DNA of 64,000 nucleotides from positions 1,439 through 65,438 of the forward strand of contig JAGFIQ010000171.1 of NCBI GenBank assembly GCA_024103495.1, given 5' to 3'. The DNA is from Aridibacter famidurans. Its GTDB lineage: Bacteria; Acidobacteriota; Blastocatellia; Pyrinomonadales; Pyrinomonadaceae. The notes beneath the pieces are model-generated. The model did not search any database and was not told the origin of the DNA. It saw only the letters and a program-made list of their open reading frames with translations. Positions 62,073-64,000 of the stretch are shown here, piece by piece (the first letter of the stretch is position 1; each line of letters begins with the position of its first letter). Both the position numbers and the translations under genes were made by a program.

Positions 62073-63428
62073 ATGAACCGACGAACCACCAATTTCGCAA
62101 TTCTGTTAGTTCTTTTTCTAGCGTCGATACACTTCGCCCAGGACCCCGCAGACAAGACCGGCGTAAAGTTCATAACCGAAACGATCAAGGAATCCAGCAA
62201 AGATAAGAGATACGACATAGACGTTTCGTATCCCGCAATGGCCGATCGTTCAGCGGCGGCAGGCGCATTCAACAAGATCGTCAAGGACCACGTGATGGTC
62301 TACGTCAGCGAGTTCAGGGGCTACTCCGACGAGATGACCGACGAGGACCGGAAGTTCCTTCCGGACGGAGTGAATTACACGCTCGATCTGGGCTATTCGA
62401 TAGAACACGCCGGCGATGAATACATCAGCATAAGCTTTGGCCGCTCGACCTACACGGGCGGCGCGCACCCGAACCACTGGACGACCACCGTGAACTTCGA
62501 CCGTAACGAGATGAAAGAGATCGCACTGGCCGACCTGTTCAAGCCAAACTCAGGCTGGCTGAAGAAGATCTCGGACCTCGCGATCGCGGATCTTACAAAA
62601 CAGATGGACGACTTCGCGGACGAGGACTGGATCTCGCGAGGCGCGGGTCCCGATGCCGACAACTTCCGGAGCTGGGCGATCACCGACAAGGGGCTCAAGT
62701 TCTTCTTCGATCCGTATCAGGTAGGCCCTTACGCCGCCGGACCGTTTGAGACCGTGATCGGTTACGAGAATTTCCCGTTCGACATGCAGTCCGAGAAGTT
62801 CTATTCGGTGAAGACCGTTTCCTACATCGACGGAAGTCCCCCGAACTGGTGCCGGAACGGGCTGTTTCCTTCCAGGGCCTTCGACCCCTCGATCTTCAAG
62901 GTGGATGGCGACAAGAACAAGCGCGCGTACTTCTACGGTGACGACGGAGATTGCCCGAACGGAGCGAACTGCCGCAAGAGGGCGTACGTCATCGGCGGCG
63001 ACGAGATCCTGACCGCAGGGACCTACGGCGATTTCGTTTGCGCCTGGTACCAGCCTGCGAAAGGATCGGAAACGGTCGGGTGGATACGGATGGGCGATGT
63101 GCGGCCCGGATACGGCGGAGAAGGACCCGCCTCGTGGACCGGCCGCTGGGAAGGGCAGGGAAACGACATCACGATCGGTGTCGTCGGCGCCGGCCGCCTC
63201 TCGGTGAAAGGAAACGCATTCTGGAAAGGAGTCGGCGACAACATACACATCGGCGAGATCGACGACGCCGGCACTCCGGTCGACAACGTGCTGAAACTTG
63301 GAGGGAGCGACGAGTACGACTGCCGCGTAAGGATGACCCGGATCGGGAAGTTCATGATCGTTACGGACAACAAGCAGTGCGGCGGGGTAAATGTGAGCTT
63401 CGACGGGGTTTATTTGAGGAAAAAGTAA
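62073..63428 (+). CDS. secreted DUF4163/DUF3298 (RsiV/PdaC-like) domain protein with extra C-terminal domain
   Basis: I chose the start at MNRRTTNFAILLVLFLASIHFA (signal peptide). YTGGAHPN and FFFDPYQVGPYAAG motifs are typical of DUF3298. Confidence 0.7.
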   Translation: MNRRTTNFAILLVLFLASIHFAQDPADKTGVKFITETIKESSKDKRYDIDVSYPAMADRSAAAGAFNKIVKDHVMVYVSEFRGYSDEMTDEDRKFLPDGVNYTLDLGYSIEHAGDEYISISFGRSTYTGGAHPNHWTTTVNFDRNEMKEIALADLFKPNSGWLKKISDLAIADLTKQMDDFADEDWISRGAGPDADNFRSWAITDKGLKFFFDPYQVGPYAAGPFETVIGYENFPFDMQSEKFYSVKTVSYIDGSPPNWCRNGLFPSRAFDPSIFKVDGDKNKRAYFYGDDGDCPNGANCRKRAYVIGGDEILTAGTYGDFVCAWYQPAKGSETVGWIRMGDVRPGYGGEGPASWTGRWEGQGNDITIGVVGAGRLSVKGNAFWKGVGDNIHIGEIDDAGTPVDNVLKLGGSDEYDCRVRMTRIGKFMIVTDNKQCGGVNVSFDGVYLRKK

Positions 63429-63477
63429 GAGCCTTCTGCTCGACGCAACCTTTGGGGTTACGACAATGGTTCCAACT

Positions 63478-63528
63478 GTTTAGAGCAGCGCTCTGCGCTG
63501 CAATGCAACGCGAAGCATTGCTCTAAAC
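63478..63528. repeat. GTTTAGAGCAGCGC family unit with closing inverted TGCTCTAAAC
   Basis: gtttagagcagcgctctgcgctgcaatgcaacgcgaagcattgctctaaac, located between convergent gene ends. Confidence 0.8.
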
Positions 63529-64000
63529 TGATTCCTGCAGTATGCCGGCGTAGATTGCAGGATCGACATTCCCGCCGCTCACGACACAGCAAACCTTCCG
63601 GCCTTTGATCGCCGGAGCGATATCGAACAACGCACCGAGGCTCAGAGCTCCCGTTGGCTCGACCTTCAGATTCACATCCAGAAAATATCTCAGAACCGCC
63701 TTCTTGATCCGTTCTTCCGGGACCTCGACGATCCTTGAGACGCCGTTTCGAACGATCTCCCAGTTCTTTTTCCCGAGCGAGACAGTCCTAGCGCCGTCGG
63801 CGATCGTCTTCGGTTCTTCCTCGTTACGGACCAGTTCTCCGGCTGCCAAAGACCTTGCGGCGTCGTTCCCAAGAAGCGGTTCCGCACCGATCAATTCAGC
63901 TCTATGACCCGCCCGGCACAGGCCTTTAGAAATTCCCGAGATCAGCCCGCCTCCGCCGACGGGTACCACGACCGCTTCAAAATCCGATCTTGCCGCGATC
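63523..64000 (-). CDS. PLP-dependent serine/threonine dehydratase, C-terminal part; gene continues beyond window end
   Basis: VPVGGGGLISG (glycine-rich PLP phosphate loop), AEP...D, and a C-terminal SGGN motif. The reading frame stays open to position 64000. Confidence 0.8.
   Translation of the reverse strand, partial: IAARSDFEAVVVPVGGGGLISGISKGLCRAGHRAELIGAEPLLGNDAARSLAAGELVRNEEEPKTIADGARTVSLGKKNWEIVRNGVSRIVEVPEERIKKAVLRYFLDVNLKVEPTGALSLGALFDIAPAIKGRKVCCVVSGGNVDPAIYAGILQESV

Overview
This is a GC-rich (roughly 58-60% by eye) bacterial chromosomal segment. The protein sequences look Acidobacteriota-like to me, but that is an inference I cannot verify here. I support about 53 protein-coding genes, and nearly all are housekeeping or envelope/stress functions. 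In window order they are: a MacB-type ABC efflux operon; a three-gene 2-oxoacid:acceptor oxidoreductase (korC-like/korA/korB); a Tat-less molybdopterin oxidoreductase with a fused FeS-NrfD membrane subunit; pdxJ; a GT2 glycosyltransferase; a Ctp protease; pfkA, greA and a CDP-alcohol phosphatidyltransferase; accC; an NlpC/P60 hydrolase; an Fe-S maturation neighbourhood (A-type carrier, Mrp/ApbC, YgfZ); a YpdA-like flavoprotein; a Crp/Fnr regulator beside a BON/DUF2171/rhodanese/SYLF-BON cluster; a two-component system; malic enzyme; lexA; pilT; a PhzF-family gene; rpsA-ihfB; a HIT protein; hflX with a 7TM-HD hydrolase; an M48 protease; a solitary 1183-aa BrxC/PglY-like P-loop protein; fur; cinA; and a partial Ser/Thr dehydratase. 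I found no rRNA, tRNA, CRISPR array, transposase or integrase. The observations most worth a second look are these. (1) A rhodanese gene is interrupted by an in-frame TGA at the position of an active-site-loop Cys, with a downstream hairpin, so it is a candidate selenoprotein. (2) Intergenic DNA is saturated with short heptanucleotide tandem arrays; ten genes end inside one or within 2 nt of one. (3) A vocabulary of small stem-triloop-stem palindromes is reused as mosaics, including a GTTTAGAGCAGCGC family. (4) A 287-bp element has perfect 14-bp terminal inverted repeats and nested helices, and could be a structured RNA or a MITE. (5) The BrxC-like ATPase has no BREX partner genes nearby. I cannot point to a clearly novel multi-gene system in this window.
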